Source: an uncultured delta proteobacterium (GTDB lineage Bacteria > Desulfobacterota > BSN033 > UBA1163). From it: a DNA stretch of 64,000 nt. This document shows, in pieces, positions 50,254 through 60,214 of this stretch. Numbering within the stretch: position 1 is the stretch's first letter; each line of letters starts with the position of its first letter. The notes beneath the pieces are model-generated. The model worked only from the letters and a program-made list of their open reading frames with translations, searched no databases and was not told the origin of the DNA. Made by a program: the position numbers and the translations under genes. The stretch lies in assembly GCA_963708295.1 (NCBI GenBank), contig CAVPSJ010000004.1, positions 32,001 through 96,000 on the forward strand, in the 5' to 3' direction.

Positions 50254-52413
50254 ATGAAAAAATTGTTATTCCTGTTGATGTTGTCATGCTTGATCATAGC
50301 CTTTGATCAGGCGAATGCAGCATCTGCCAAGATCCTTGGTAAAGTGCTGGACGTAAACGGCAAGGGTGTCGCGGGGGTCAAAGTTGCCGTTGAGGGGCAG
50401 AAGATCACTGCCACCACGTCCAAAGACGGCTCCTTCAGACTCGAAGGGGTGGCCCCCGGCAACGTGTACTTGTACGCAACCGCGCCTTCCAAAGCATATT
50501 TGGACGGTGAGACCCTAAAGTCCATCTCCGTAAAGGGCGGCGCAACAGTCTCCGGTGTGACGATAACCCTCTCGGGCCGTCCCAGCGCAGCCGCCACCTA
50601 TGTAGGAATGAAGAGCGTGCTCCGGGTGTCACGACGCCAAGATTGTTCAAGTCACTTGACGGCACCCCGCACGCATCTGTTCACTCGCGCTTCGTGACCG
50701 AGGGGACGAGCCACATGGTCTACAAGAACATGTGGCCGGAGCCTAACGGCAAATACCTGCCCAGGGATCCCCAAGGGCAAACTGCTCAAGGTACAGGACC
50801 CCCTGGACGGCAAAGGCCTGGTCCATGTGGCATTGTGCACGAAAGGCGACGAACCCAATCGCCAGTATCTCTTCAAGTTCTATCCCGAGCAGAAAGAAGG
50901 TGTCTCTCTGACCGAGGCCGATCTGGATTGTTCGGATAAGCCCGCTGACGCCGTCTGGATTCCGGTTGCCGCCACGATCGGTGGCGAGGGCAACTGGGGT
51001 GAAGGGTACACCGACCCCAATCACAAAACCCCTGACCGCCACCCCAACTTCGGCGAGGGGAAGCAGCGCTACATGTGCAAACTCCAGGACGTGCCGTTTA
51101 TCGCGAAATGGATGAAAGATAACAATGTATCGCGGGAAGGGCAAAAACAGGATTATATCTGTTTCCTTCCGGTTTACATCATGCAGGACGGCACCCCCAG
51201 GGATTCGAAGGTGCTGGCAAAAGGTGAGGTTGGCGCTCCCGATGTTCTGGCAGAAATCCCCGAAAAATTGGGCGGAGCCCGATAATACGCTCTCCAGAAA
51301 TTGCGCCGGGTGCCACGCCACCGGCGTTACGATCAAAACAAAGGACTTTCCGGGCTACAAATCTGTCGTCACCGACTGGGATTACAAAGACCTGAATATC
51401 ACCTGTGAGCGTTGCCACGGACCGGGTTCGGAGCACGCGAAGACGTCGGATAAGACGCAGATCATCACACCCAAGTATCTGACCGCAAAGGCCGGCAATG
51501 AGCTCTGCGGGCAGTGCCATGGGTACCACGACGGAAAGAGCCAGAATCCGATGGGGATATTCAAGCCCCCCTATGACGGGAACTACAAGGACACCCTTGG
51601 CCATGGGTTCTTCGTCCCGGGCGTGTACGATCTCGAGACGTTTTATTTCAACTATGACAAGCCCACACCCGCATCTCGAGACCGACTGGAAGGAGGGAGC
51701 GTTCCACACCTGGCCCGACCAGACCCATGGTCGTTCGCACTCCATGGAGCTTTGCTGAGTTGCGCCGGTCCGCCCACTGGAGCAATAAGCTCCGAAAAGC
51801 TCACCTGCTATACATGCCACGATGCCCACACCCTGGATGCGGGGCCGGCCTCGCTTAAAGTCGGCGGCTACGATTTCGTGAACGCGGCCTATGGGAACAA
51901 CACCCTGTGCCTGGCCTGCCATGCCACCCGCGGTGCAGTTCAAGGACGTGTCCAAGGCCGATGTGGCGGTGCTCCAGCTCGACGCGGGCCGCAAGGTGAC
52001 GAAGGACGGAGCCGCCGTCTCGGTGAAAGCCACTGACGCCGTCTTGGCCCGCAACCGGGTCGCCCGGGCCGTCGCCAAGCACATGCAGGTAAAAGCCGGG
52101 ATGGGCGGGGCTCTCTATACGCCCGACGATCCGAACATGCCGGTGGGCAACTGCGCATCGTGCCACATGGCGAAGATCGGTAAGCTGCAGGACGTCAACG
52201 TTGATGCTCAGTACCACCTGGATTTCGACAAGAATGGGAAGAGCGCCGTGGCTGAGGGCAACGTAGCGTCCCACGTCTTCGACATCGTCTGGCCCGGTCA
52301 GAGCGCGATCCTCAAGAACCCCGACCCGTCAAAAGGTCAAGGACTACGACATCATGCCGAACTCGTGCAGCAAGTGTCATGCCTTCGCCAGGATCAGCGG
52401 CGATAAGGATTAA
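50254..52413 (+). CDS. exported multiheme (8 CxxCH) cytochrome c with N-terminal carboxypeptidase-regulatory-like domain; multiple frameshifts
   Basis: signal peptide; across frames CSGCH(50618), CAGCH, CERCH, CGQCH, CYTCH, CLACH, CASCH, CSKCH. Confidence 0.8.
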
Positions 52414-52456
52414 GATCTTTCTATAGATCTGCTGCCTTCGCAGAATCAATTGCAGC

Positions 52457-52491
52457 AAGTGGGGCCGGGAGAACCCCGGCCCCACTTTTTT
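52457..52491 (+). terminator. intrinsic terminator
   Basis: AAGTGGGGCCGGG-AGAAC-CCCGGCCCCACTT followed by T-run. Confidence 0.88.
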
Positions 52492-52641
52492 CATGGTGCT
52501 ACAGGCATCGCAGAACAAAGAGAAGCATCTCCTTATTTGTTCGGCGAGCCCGTCTTTTGCCCCCAACTGGTGGAAGGAGTTTCCCAAGTCTTCTTTCCCC
52601 AAGAGTCTCTGGGGAAGAATCAAGAAACTGGAGATTGAGAC

Positions 52642-52941
52642 ATGAAGATCGAGTGCTTCTTTGCTGAGGGCTGTGGATCAAAGGATCAACTCAAGGAGAA
52701 TATCGGAAAAGCACTTTTTGAGGAAGGCAGGGCCGCTGAAATTTCTTTTCGAGTTCTTTCTCAAGAAGAGGCAGAGCAGCTAGGTATAGGTGGGTCCCCC
52801 ACGGTCTGGATCAACGGTCAGGATATAGAACCTGGAATTCTCCTCCGTGGCATTTCCTGAAGAACCTACCGAGACGAGGCCGGGCGCTTCGTCAATGTAC
52901 CATCGGTTGAAATGATCCGAAAAGCTTTGCGCCAGCAGTGA
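52642..52941 (+). CDS. DUF2703-like thioredoxin-fold selenoprotein (S-U-RTY)
   Basis: GSPTVWINGQDI; TGA 52858-52860 aligns with the family CRxY Cys; continues RTYRDEAGRFVNVPSVEMIRKALRQQ; hairpin GACGAGGC-CGGGC-GCTTCGTC. Confidence 0.85.
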
Positions 52942-52984
52942 ACTAAGAGGGAGAAACCTGGCTGCCTGCTGGAGTTCTGGGTGC

Positions 52985-54064
52985 GTGGCTATGACTATGG
53001 TGTGGAGGCTTTTGGATTACAGTTTTGATGATCCTTTCATGAATCTTGCCATGGAAGAAAGTATTTTAAGAGGCAAAGTGGAGGGGGAGAGTCCAGACAC
53101 GCTCAGACTTTGGCAGCATCCCCGTGTGATCAGCATCGGCTGTTTTCTAAATCCGGAAGACGAAGTCAATGTAGGTGCGTGCAAGCAACTCGGCCTGAAA
53201 ATCATTAGAAGGTTATCGCCTGGCGGGGCCCTCTACATAGACGAGGGAAGCATTCAGTATAGCCTCACTTTTGACAGGCAGTCCCTCCTTCTCCCTGAAT
53301 GTATCGAAGATTCTTATAGTGTTTTAAGTAACGGGGTGATAGAAGCTTTGAATTCCATGGGGGTCAAAGCCCAGTTTCAGCCTATCAATGATTTGGTAGT
53401 GGGTAGGAAGAAGATATCGGGTGCCTCTCAAAGCAGAATGTACAATGGCATACTCCACCACGGCACAATTTCCGTCAATACTAAGCTCGACATTCTGGAA
53501 CAGGTTCTAAAACCCTCCGAGCTAAAATTGAAAGCGCAAGGATTCCCAAACCTTAAAGATGGGATCACCACGTTAAGCCGCGAAATTGGCAGAGATGTAC
53601 CAATGGAGGTCTTTAAGAGAAAACTTGTTGAAGGCTTTGAAAAGACATTGAACCTCGATTTCGAAGTGGCGGCCCCGAGCCCGTGGGAAATCAAAACGGC
53701 AAAGGAGCTTTACGAGGAAAAATACAAGAAGTTCGAATGGGTTTTTGCGGAGATGAAACCCCGTTTAGACGTTTTTTCGAGTTACAAGGCAGCCAAAGGC
53801 TTAATAAGTGTTTCACTCTCCTTTCGCGGCGATCGCATTGAGGATCTGAAAATTTCCGGAGGTTTTATCCTCCACCCTGAAAATGCCGTGCAGGAACTGG
53901 AACAAGGCTTGCGGGGGGAAGTTCTCAACGAAGAGACGTTGCGGGAAAGGATTCTGAGACTTTTTGCGGTGAAGGGAATTCAGCCCGTGGGGGTCTCGGC
54001 GGAAGACTTCGCCAGGGCAATCATGTTGGCCTACTTAGATTCACGTCCTCCGTTTGTGCAATGA
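52985..54064 (+). CDS. lplA: lipoate-protein ligase A family protein with C-terminal domain
   Basis: NLAMEESI, RRLSPGGALYID, NDLVVGRKKISGASQ, HHGTI. Confidence 0.9.
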   Translation: MAMTMVWRLLDYSFDDPFMNLAMEESILRGKVEGESPDTLRLWQHPRVISIGCFLNPEDEVNVGACKQLGLKIIRRLSPGGALYIDEGSIQYSLTFDRQSLLLPECIEDSYSVLSNGVIEALNSMGVKAQFQPINDLVVGRKKISGASQSRMYNGILHHGTISVNTKLDILEQVLKPSELKLKAQGFPNLKDGITTLSREIGRDVPMEVFKRKLVEGFEKTLNLDFEVAAPSPWEIKTAKELYEEKYKKFEWVFAEMKPRLDVFSSYKAAKGLISVSLSFRGDRIEDLKISGGFILHPENAVQELEQGLRGEVLNEETLRERILRLFAVKGIQPVGVSAEDFARAIMLAYLDSRPPFVQ

Positions 54065-55139
54065 CCCCAGAATATCCGGGAACTTGTCTGGGTGATGGAT
54101 CGCCTCCCCGAGATCATTTTCTAAAGGAGCTTCAAGAGCAAACTTCACCTCCCCATTGATGACCACAGCGGGCAAGATGTTGGCCTTTGAAAGGTGAATG
54201 ATCACCGGAGGCATTGACTCTATGGGATGCTGCTGACCCCCCTAGACCTCTCCTCCAGACGACAACCTTCACCTCATCCATGAGACTGGAAACAGCTTTA
54301 TCGACCATCTCAATCAGTTGACGACATTTTGATGTAGGCGGATTCGCCACATAGAGCGCAACCAGCGTCTCTCCGGTAAGGGCCAAAAATGGAGCTTTCC
54401 CGTCAACGTGCCATTTATCCGTGCCGTATTTAGTTTCGTAAAGCTTCGCAGCCAATTTTTGTTCAGCATCTGTTAGACCTTTCCTTTCGAAAGTCGCCTC
54501 CAATTTGTTTTCAAGTCCTTTTACAACAATGTCAGTAACCTCGTCAGGCAGGATGTTTTTATTGAGCTCGGCGCTGAGTGAAGTAAGGTCTCTCTTAAAT
54601 GCTGATTTTAGGATTTCCATCTGAGTACTTACATAAACTGTTCCTTGAAGAAGCAGCACATCGGAAAGCCAGGCGGGCTGGGCAGTGGCTATTTCCTTAC
54701 CTGCGGTGGTATAGATTCTATCGGTCTCCGCGTTTACTTCAACCCCGAGCCTTCTGATCCCTGCAGCAAAACCGTCAAGTAGTAATTCATATTCCGATAA
54801 GAGCGGACGATATTCCCCTTCAATCCGTGGCTCCAACAGCCTCGTATCTACCGCAATGGAGAAATTTATATTTCCGGCATCACAGAAGAAGCTACTACCG
54901 GCTACCGTCTTCGTCCTCAACAATTCAACGGTCTGCTCTCTCGCGGATTGCGCAAAAACTTCATGTTTGGACCCTGAATAAAACAGGATGATAGGATCCG
55001 CCGTGTGCCACAGGTACAATGTGTTTGGAGAAAGACCTGCCCTTTTGCATCTAAAAATAGCTTCACTGACCGCCAGGTTCATCTTGGGATCTGGGGTATT
55101 AAAATCCAGGAGCCTCCAACTCTCTTCATACTTCACCAT
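54041..55139 (-). CDS. divergent lipoate-ligase-like domain fused to a thioredoxin-like C-terminal domain; frameshift near 54240
   Basis: WRLLDF..MNLAVSEAI, LLQGTV, KYGTDKW; then PPTSKC and shifted LPAVVINGEVKF. Confidence 0.7.
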
Positions 55140-55827
55140 AGTATGGGCACCTCGCCTTTAGACATTCGGTGTTCGATTTACTGAAAATGCACGGCTTTAG
55201 GTTCGTGGAAGTCTGGATAGGAATTGAAAGTTCACGCGCAAAGAATTCCACTGCCACTCTGATGGCCAGATAAGTCGCCATCTTGCAGCATCGGGGACCT
55301 CCAATCCGAGCCATTTCGTCAAGTATTCTGGAAGCAACCCGCAATGCCAGTGACCTTTCTTTATCCGAAAGATAAGTAGCTCCGGTAATGATGCTGAATA
55401 CCGCCCCGGCTGCGATTGCACAGCCGCAGACACCCCATGATCCACAGATTCCATGAGAAGCCCTTTTCACTCTTTGGTTTGCCTTATGAAACTCAGGTTT
55501 CCCAACATGGACTTCACCCGAATTCCTTAAGGCGGTCAAAAGGGAATACGCTGTCACAAAGTGATTTTCTGATCCATGGATCGGAATGGCAGGATGCTTC
55601 ATTAACAGGAGGGCAATCCGCATGGGATCTGTCTCATTGCTGGCTTCGCAAGTCTTCCAGACAAGGTCCTGGGCTGAGGCCAATCTGCACACCTCACAGA
55701 CATAATGCCCGTCAGGACAGACGTAATCCGCCTTTTCCCTCTTACCGCAATAGGAGCATGCGGCTTCTCCCACCACGGTAGATAGGCGGTTTCCACAGAC
55801 GATACAGAAATATGTCTCCTCATCCAT
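55126..55827 (-). CDS. Cys-rich DUF5714-like protein
   Basis: CIVCG, CSYCG, CPDGHYVCEVC, HGSENH, CGSWGVCG, GPRCCK. Confidence 0.8.
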   Translation of the reverse strand: MDEETYFCIVCGNRLSTVVGEAACSYCGKREKADYVCPDGHYVCEVCRLASAQDLVWKTCEASNETDPMRIALLLMKHPAIPIHGSENHFVTAYSLLTALRNSGEVHVGKPEFHKANQRVKRASHGICGSWGVCGCAIAAGAVFSIITGATYLSDKERSLALRVASRILDEMARIGGPRCCKMATYLAIRVAVEFFARELSIPIQTSTNLKPCIFSKSNTECLKARCPYYGEV

Positions 55828-56093
55828 AAGACCTAATTCAGGGAACCTCTGTTACAGCTAACTGGTGCACCCGCTCCGAAGACCTGATCTCTTTTTGAAG
55901 CCTCCCGCTTATCATTGTGGTGATTAGCAGTATCTGCAGTATCTTATGTTACCGCACACCTTGTCAAGATTCCATTCAATCCCGGCAACGAACTTTTGAG
56001 AAGAATCAGCTAAAATGGTTGGAACTATTAAAAGAGAGACGTACTTATCTCATGCTCTTGTTCAGAGTATTTTGAATATGCAGGGGTGAAATG

Positions 56094-56130
56094 CTGTCTG
56101 AATTGAGACAGGCTATCTGAATTCAGACAG
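56094..56130 (+). promoter_or_regulatory. tandem palindromic enhancer sites (candidate sigma-54 activator binding sites)
   Basis: CTGTCTGAATTGAGACAG (56094-56111) and CTATCTGAATTCAGACAG (56113-56130). Confidence 0.65.
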
Positions 56131-56350
56131 ATTTGAATTTTCTTAATCAATTCAATATATTATTCGGTTGATAACCCCACCATTGCTTTATTTCAGACGT
56201 TTTTCCAATTTTCTTTCAAATCAGATGATTCACTGACAAAAGATCTAAGGAGAGAACTCTTCCCATCACAACCTTTAACTATTTGATTTTAATAGTAACT
56301 TTAAAGAGAGACTATTAGCCTTGCTGAATCGTTCCTTTAAACACCCTCGT

Positions 56351-56366
56351 TGGCATTTTCTTTGCT
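56351..56366 (+). promoter_or_regulatory. sigma-54 promoter
   Basis: TGGCAT-TTTCT-TTGCT matches TGGCAC-N5-TTGCW. Confidence 0.8.
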
Positions 56367-56407
56367 CTATAGAGGAGGATTTATAGTAATTCCTGGTAGG
56401 GGCGTAG

Positions 56408-56608
56408 ATGGGAAACGCCGGGGAAGACAAAAGACCATGCTGGGTTATTCTAGACTGTTCGAAATATGTCTACTCCAATTGCCCGGCTTATCAGAACCAG
56501 GATAAGCCTTGTTGGGAGGTTGCCGGGACCCAATGCCGGCAGATGCTCAATTTAGAATGGGGATGTCGGGATTGCAGGGTCTTCAAGATTTGCGGTCATG
56601 GTGACTAA
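56408..56608 (+). CDS. two-CW domain Cys-rich small protein
   Basis: PCW...C...CPAY...PCWEVAGTQC...CRDCRVF. Confidence 0.8.
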   Translation: MGNAGEDKRPCWVILDCSKYVYSNCPAYQNQDKPCWEVAGTQCRQMLNLEWGCRDCRVFKICGHGD

Positions 56609-56711
56609 CAAAGGCAGGAGTTTGTCATGCTCTTGCGGTCAATTGCGGGAGTATTCGCGGGGGAAGCCCATAGGAATTCCTTGACATGCATAAAGAACGG
56701 AGGGTAACAGG

Positions 56712-56999
56712 ATGAGGAAGTTAGCAGTAGTGGTGATTGCAGTAGCGTTGGCGCTCGGAACGGCGGTCATGGCGCAGGAACTCATGAAGGTGACGGGTCT
56801 GGTCATCAAAATCGATACGGCAGCCGTAAGCGTAACCATTCTGCCCCAGGTGGGGGATGCGGTCACGGTTATCATGAAGGATCCCGAGTCGCTCTCCAAG
56901 GTTAAATTAGGCGAGATAGCGGAGGCGCGATATAGGGTGATGGACGGCAAGAACATGGGGAGAAGGCTCCGCATGATCAGCGAAGGCTGTTCCTCCTAA
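56712..56999 (+). CDS. small exported OB-fold-like protein ending EGCSS
   Basis: GGAGG RBS, signal peptide, beta-rich pattern. Confidence 0.7.
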   Translation: MRKLAVVVIAVALALGTAVMAQELMKVTGLVIKIDTAAVSVTILPQVGDAVTVIMKDPESLSKVKLGEIAEARYRVMDGKNMGRRLRMISEGCSS

Positions 57000-57123
57000 G
57001 GGGTAAAGCGGCCATTTGTAAGAAACCCACGTTGCCGGGCAAGGCCGCCGGCTGCGAAACCGTCCAGACAACGGAAAAGCTGGATAAAGTCCATTAACGC
57101 AAAAAACCAAGAAAGGAGGCAGT

Positions 57124-57826
57124 ATGAAACACTTTTTATCTTTGATTTTAGCTCTATCGCTTTTTTTAGTAACGGGGGTCTGCAGCGCCCAGGTTGTCAG
57201 CGGTCCATCGATCGCACTTCCCCCGGCAGAGGTCATTTTGAATGCCTGTAAAGAAATGGGTGTTGAAGCGGTCGGGGGAGAATATGTTATCTCAAAGATG
57301 CCCGACCTGATCAACAAAACCGGCAAGGTATTTGTCATCGATGCAAGACCCGCAAGGAACTACGATGATGGTTTCATTCCCACAGCATTCAACATGTTTG
57401 ACGCAAAATTCAAGCTCATCTACCCGGAGTTTGAAAAATTAAATCTTCCTAAAGATACGGAGATTTTTATCGGAATAGGAAGACCTTGCCCCATGAGCCT
57501 CAGCGATATCAAACAGCTCAAAGAAAAAGGGTATACCAATCTGAAAGCATTTGTCAAAGGCCCGCTATTCTTTGAAAAATATTTTTCCGAAGTGACGGCC
57601 AAAGGAGCAAAAAAACATGTTTCAAACGGTGCGGTGGTCGTTAACCTTGCGTGATGACGCTGACTTATCCAAATTCTTTTCTACAAATACCGAAAAGGAT
57701 AAACTCATCATCCTCGTGGGCTCTGCCGATAATGCAAAAATCAATTATGCTTCGGCTGGAAAAGTTTATAATGCCGGTTACAAAAAAACGGCCGTATTAA
57801 ATGGCCGCATTGAAGATATTAAATAA
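57124..57826 (+). CDS. exported rhodanese-domain protein, frameshift near 57650
   Basis: VIDARP..YDDGFIPTAFN, GRPCP; continues as LRDDADL... in ORF 57617-57826. Confidence 0.8.
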
Positions 57827-57839
57827 GGGAGGGATACCA

Positions 57840-58310
57840 ATGAAAAAACTATCGGTCTTGCTAACAATATCGGTACTGTTTGCTTTTGGGTATGTTCATT
57901 GGGAAGTTGTCCCCGTAAGAGCCGAAGAAAAGGCGGTGGCAAATAAAGTTGACACCATCAAGGCAGGTAAGGAAGAGGGGACGATCGATAAAGAATTTTT
58001 CAAAAAAATAGTCGCCGAAAAACCTGCAAACGTATCCATCGTAGATGTGAGGACTCCATTTGAGTATCAAGCAGGTCACTTTGATGGCGCTATACATATA
58101 CTCATCAACGACCTCTTTAACAAAGGTTGCGATTCCACCCTGGCTCGGCTTCCAAAAGAAGGGTATGTGGTGTTTGTTTGTGCCAGTGGCGCAAGGGCTG
58201 CGGAAATGTATTTTGGGATTCTGGATGATTGCAAATACAAGGATAGCAAGAGGCTGTTTTTCCTGGATGCCAATGTTGCATACACACCCAAGGGTCCGGT
58301 AGTCCAATAA
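57840..58310 (+). CDS. exported rhodanese-domain protein
   Basis: VDVRTPFEYQAGHFDGA, FVCASGARA. Confidence 0.9.
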   Translation: MKKLSVLLTISVLFAFGYVHWEVVPVRAEEKAVANKVDTIKAGKEEGTIDKEFFKKIVAEKPANVSIVDVRTPFEYQAGHFDGAIHILINDLFNKGCDSTLARLPKEGYVVFVCASGARAAEMYFGILDDCKYKDSKRLFFLDANVAYTPKGPVVQ

Positions 58311-58320
58311 ATTCATCGCC

Positions 58321-58355
58321 CCCCAAAGGAAGGCATTCAATGCCTTCCTTTGGGG
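58321..58355. terminator. long hairpin after the rhodanese operon
   Basis: CCCCAAAGGAAGGCAT-TCA-ATGCCTTCCTTTGGGG. Confidence 0.7.
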
Positions 58356-58522
58356 GAAAAGTGCATTTTCACCCAAAAATCAACAACGACCGGTAAAGGA
58401 TTCCCACAGGATCGGTCGTGGTTTGGCTGTTGCCCTCCCTACTCACTGCCATTTCATCCCTTCAGTCTCTCGACAAAAATAACCTTTGAAGTTAATATGT
58501 TAATAAATTAGGAAGGCTCAAA

Positions 58523-60079
58523 GTGAAGAAATTTCTCATCTCTTTCCTTCTCCTTATTCTTCTCTCTCTCCCCATTGATACTGCCGCACAGAGTCCCTCT
58601 TCCATCCAGATCTATTTTTTCTACTCCGAGGATTGCCAACCCTGTCAGGTGATTCTTCAGAGTTACCTTCCAACGCTGAAGACGATGGTCCCCAACCTTG
58701 AAGTCAAGACCTTCGATGTCGGAAACCCCGCCTATTATGGAGCGCTTGCCAAACTGGAGAAGAAATTTGGACGGTCAGGAAGTGAGCTCCCCGTGGTCTT
58801 TGCCGGAGATCAAATGCTCTCCGGAGAGATGGAGGTCATGGAGAAGTTAAATCCCCTCCTTCTGGAGGTTCAGGCAAAAGGCGGCTCCTCCCCTCCCCCT
58901 ATTGAAATTCCATCTCTGTCCAAACCTTCTTCGAAAACCTTTACAATGGAGGTCACCTATTTTTATCAGAAGGGATGCCCAAAATGCGATCGAGCAAACG
59001 CCCTTCTCAAATACTTGGTCAAGAAATATCCTCAATTGACCATCAAAGAGATTGACCTCAATACCCCGGATGGGAAGCGTTTAAATGAAACCCTCTCTAA
59101 CCGGCTCAATCTCTCCATGGAAAAACGTTTGATCGCTCCGACCATCTTTATCGGCAGCGATTATCTCCTTTCAGGTGAAATCACAGAATCTAACGTGGAA
59201 GCGTTGATCCAGAAATATGGAGAAAAAAGGCCGGGTGTCAGTGAAATTAAACCTACGTTAACAACACCGACGCCCACCCCATCGCCAACGCCAGAAGAAT
59301 CCAAAAAAGCCGAGGAGTCGATTATCGAACGCTTTAAATCCTTTGGGGTCCTGGCTATTCTCCTGGCAGGCTTGATGGAAGGGATGAATCCATGTGCTTT
59401 AGCCACCCTGGTCTTTTTCATTTCCTATCTCACCATGGTTGGCCGAAAACGACAAGAGATCTTCTGGGGTGGGCTGGCTTTTTCAGGAACGGCCTTCATC
59501 ACCCATTTATTGATCGGCATTGGGATTCTAAGTTTCATCCAGCATCTCTCATTCTTACCCCTGTTCTCACAAATCGTTTACTTAATCACTTTCGTGTTCG
59601 CCCTCCTTCTTGGACTCCTCAGCCTTTACGATTACATCCAACTCAAGAAGGGACGACCCTCCAAGATGAAACTTCAGGTTCCGAATTTTATGAAAAAGAG
59701 GATCCATCAGATCATTCGAGTGAGAAGTGATGTGTTGGAGGCGAACAAGGAAAGCCCATCTATCCGTTTCTTGCTTGCTGCTGTTGTGATCGGTTTCATT
59801 GTCACCCTGTTTCAATCCACGTGTACGAGTCAGGTCTATCTCCCCACGATTCTCTTCGTTGCGAATATCCCGTCACTCAGGAGCAGTGCTGTCTTGTACC
59901 TTATTTTTTATAATTTTGTTTATGTCCTTCCGTTGCTGGTCATCTTCGGGATCGTCTACTGGGGAGTTACTTCGGAACAGCTTTCCTTTTTCCTCCAGAA
60001 GAGGGCATCCACGATCAAGCTCCTCACCTCCATTTTCTTTTTTGTCTTGGCCGGGATATTGATTTTGAGCCTGATATAA
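58523..60079 (+). CDS. membrane protein with two glutaredoxin-like domains and a CcdA-like TM domain
   Basis: CQPC, CPKC, EGMNPCA, CTSQVYLP. Confidence 0.85.
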   Translation: MKKFLISFLLLILLSLPIDTAAQSPSSIQIYFFYSEDCQPCQVILQSYLPTLKTMVPNLEVKTFDVGNPAYYGALAKLEKKFGRSGSELPVVFAGDQMLSGEMEVMEKLNPLLLEVQAKGGSSPPPIEIPSLSKPSSKTFTMEVTYFYQKGCPKCDRANALLKYLVKKYPQLTIKEIDLNTPDGKRLNETLSNRLNLSMEKRLIAPTIFIGSDYLLSGEITESNVEALIQKYGEKRPGVSEIKPTLTTPTPTPSPTPEESKKAEESIIERFKSFGVLAILLAGLMEGMNPCALATLVFFISYLTMVGRKRQEIFWGGLAFSGTAFITHLLIGIGILSFIQHLSFLPLFSQIVYLITFVFALLLGLLSLYDYIQLKKGRPSKMKLQVPNFMKKRIHQIIRVRSDVLEANKESPSIRFLLAAVVIGFIVTLFQSTCTSQVYLPTILFVANIPSLRSSAVLYLIFYNFVYVLPLLVIFGIVYWGVTSEQLSFFLQKRASTIKLLTSIFFFVLAGILILSLI

Positions 60080-60214
60080 GTCATAAAGATGTTACTCGGT
60101 TCTTATAGAATTCCCGTGTCGTTCCTCGCCCGGGCGATTCAGAGATCTTCGGGTGTTCCCTGAAATACCGGTTCGAAACAGACCGTCCCAAAATGATGAA
60201 AGGAGTGGGCCTAA

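Noticed and set aside
51179-52084. 301-aa minus-strand ORF and other long antisense ORFs (e.g. 12636-13406, 17308-18072, 21324-21998)
   Set aside because: Shadow frames opposite well-supported genes; no motifs or RBS.
57000-57120. Structured-looking intergenic region as a c-di-GMP riboswitch
   Set aside because: Lacks the properly spaced GGCAAA/GAAA/ACGCAAAGC GEMM consensus.
57652-57657. TGATGA at the end of the first rhodanese ORF as possible Sec
   Set aside because: Removing one base gives VNLRDDADL..., continuous with the next ORF; not at a catalytic Cys position.
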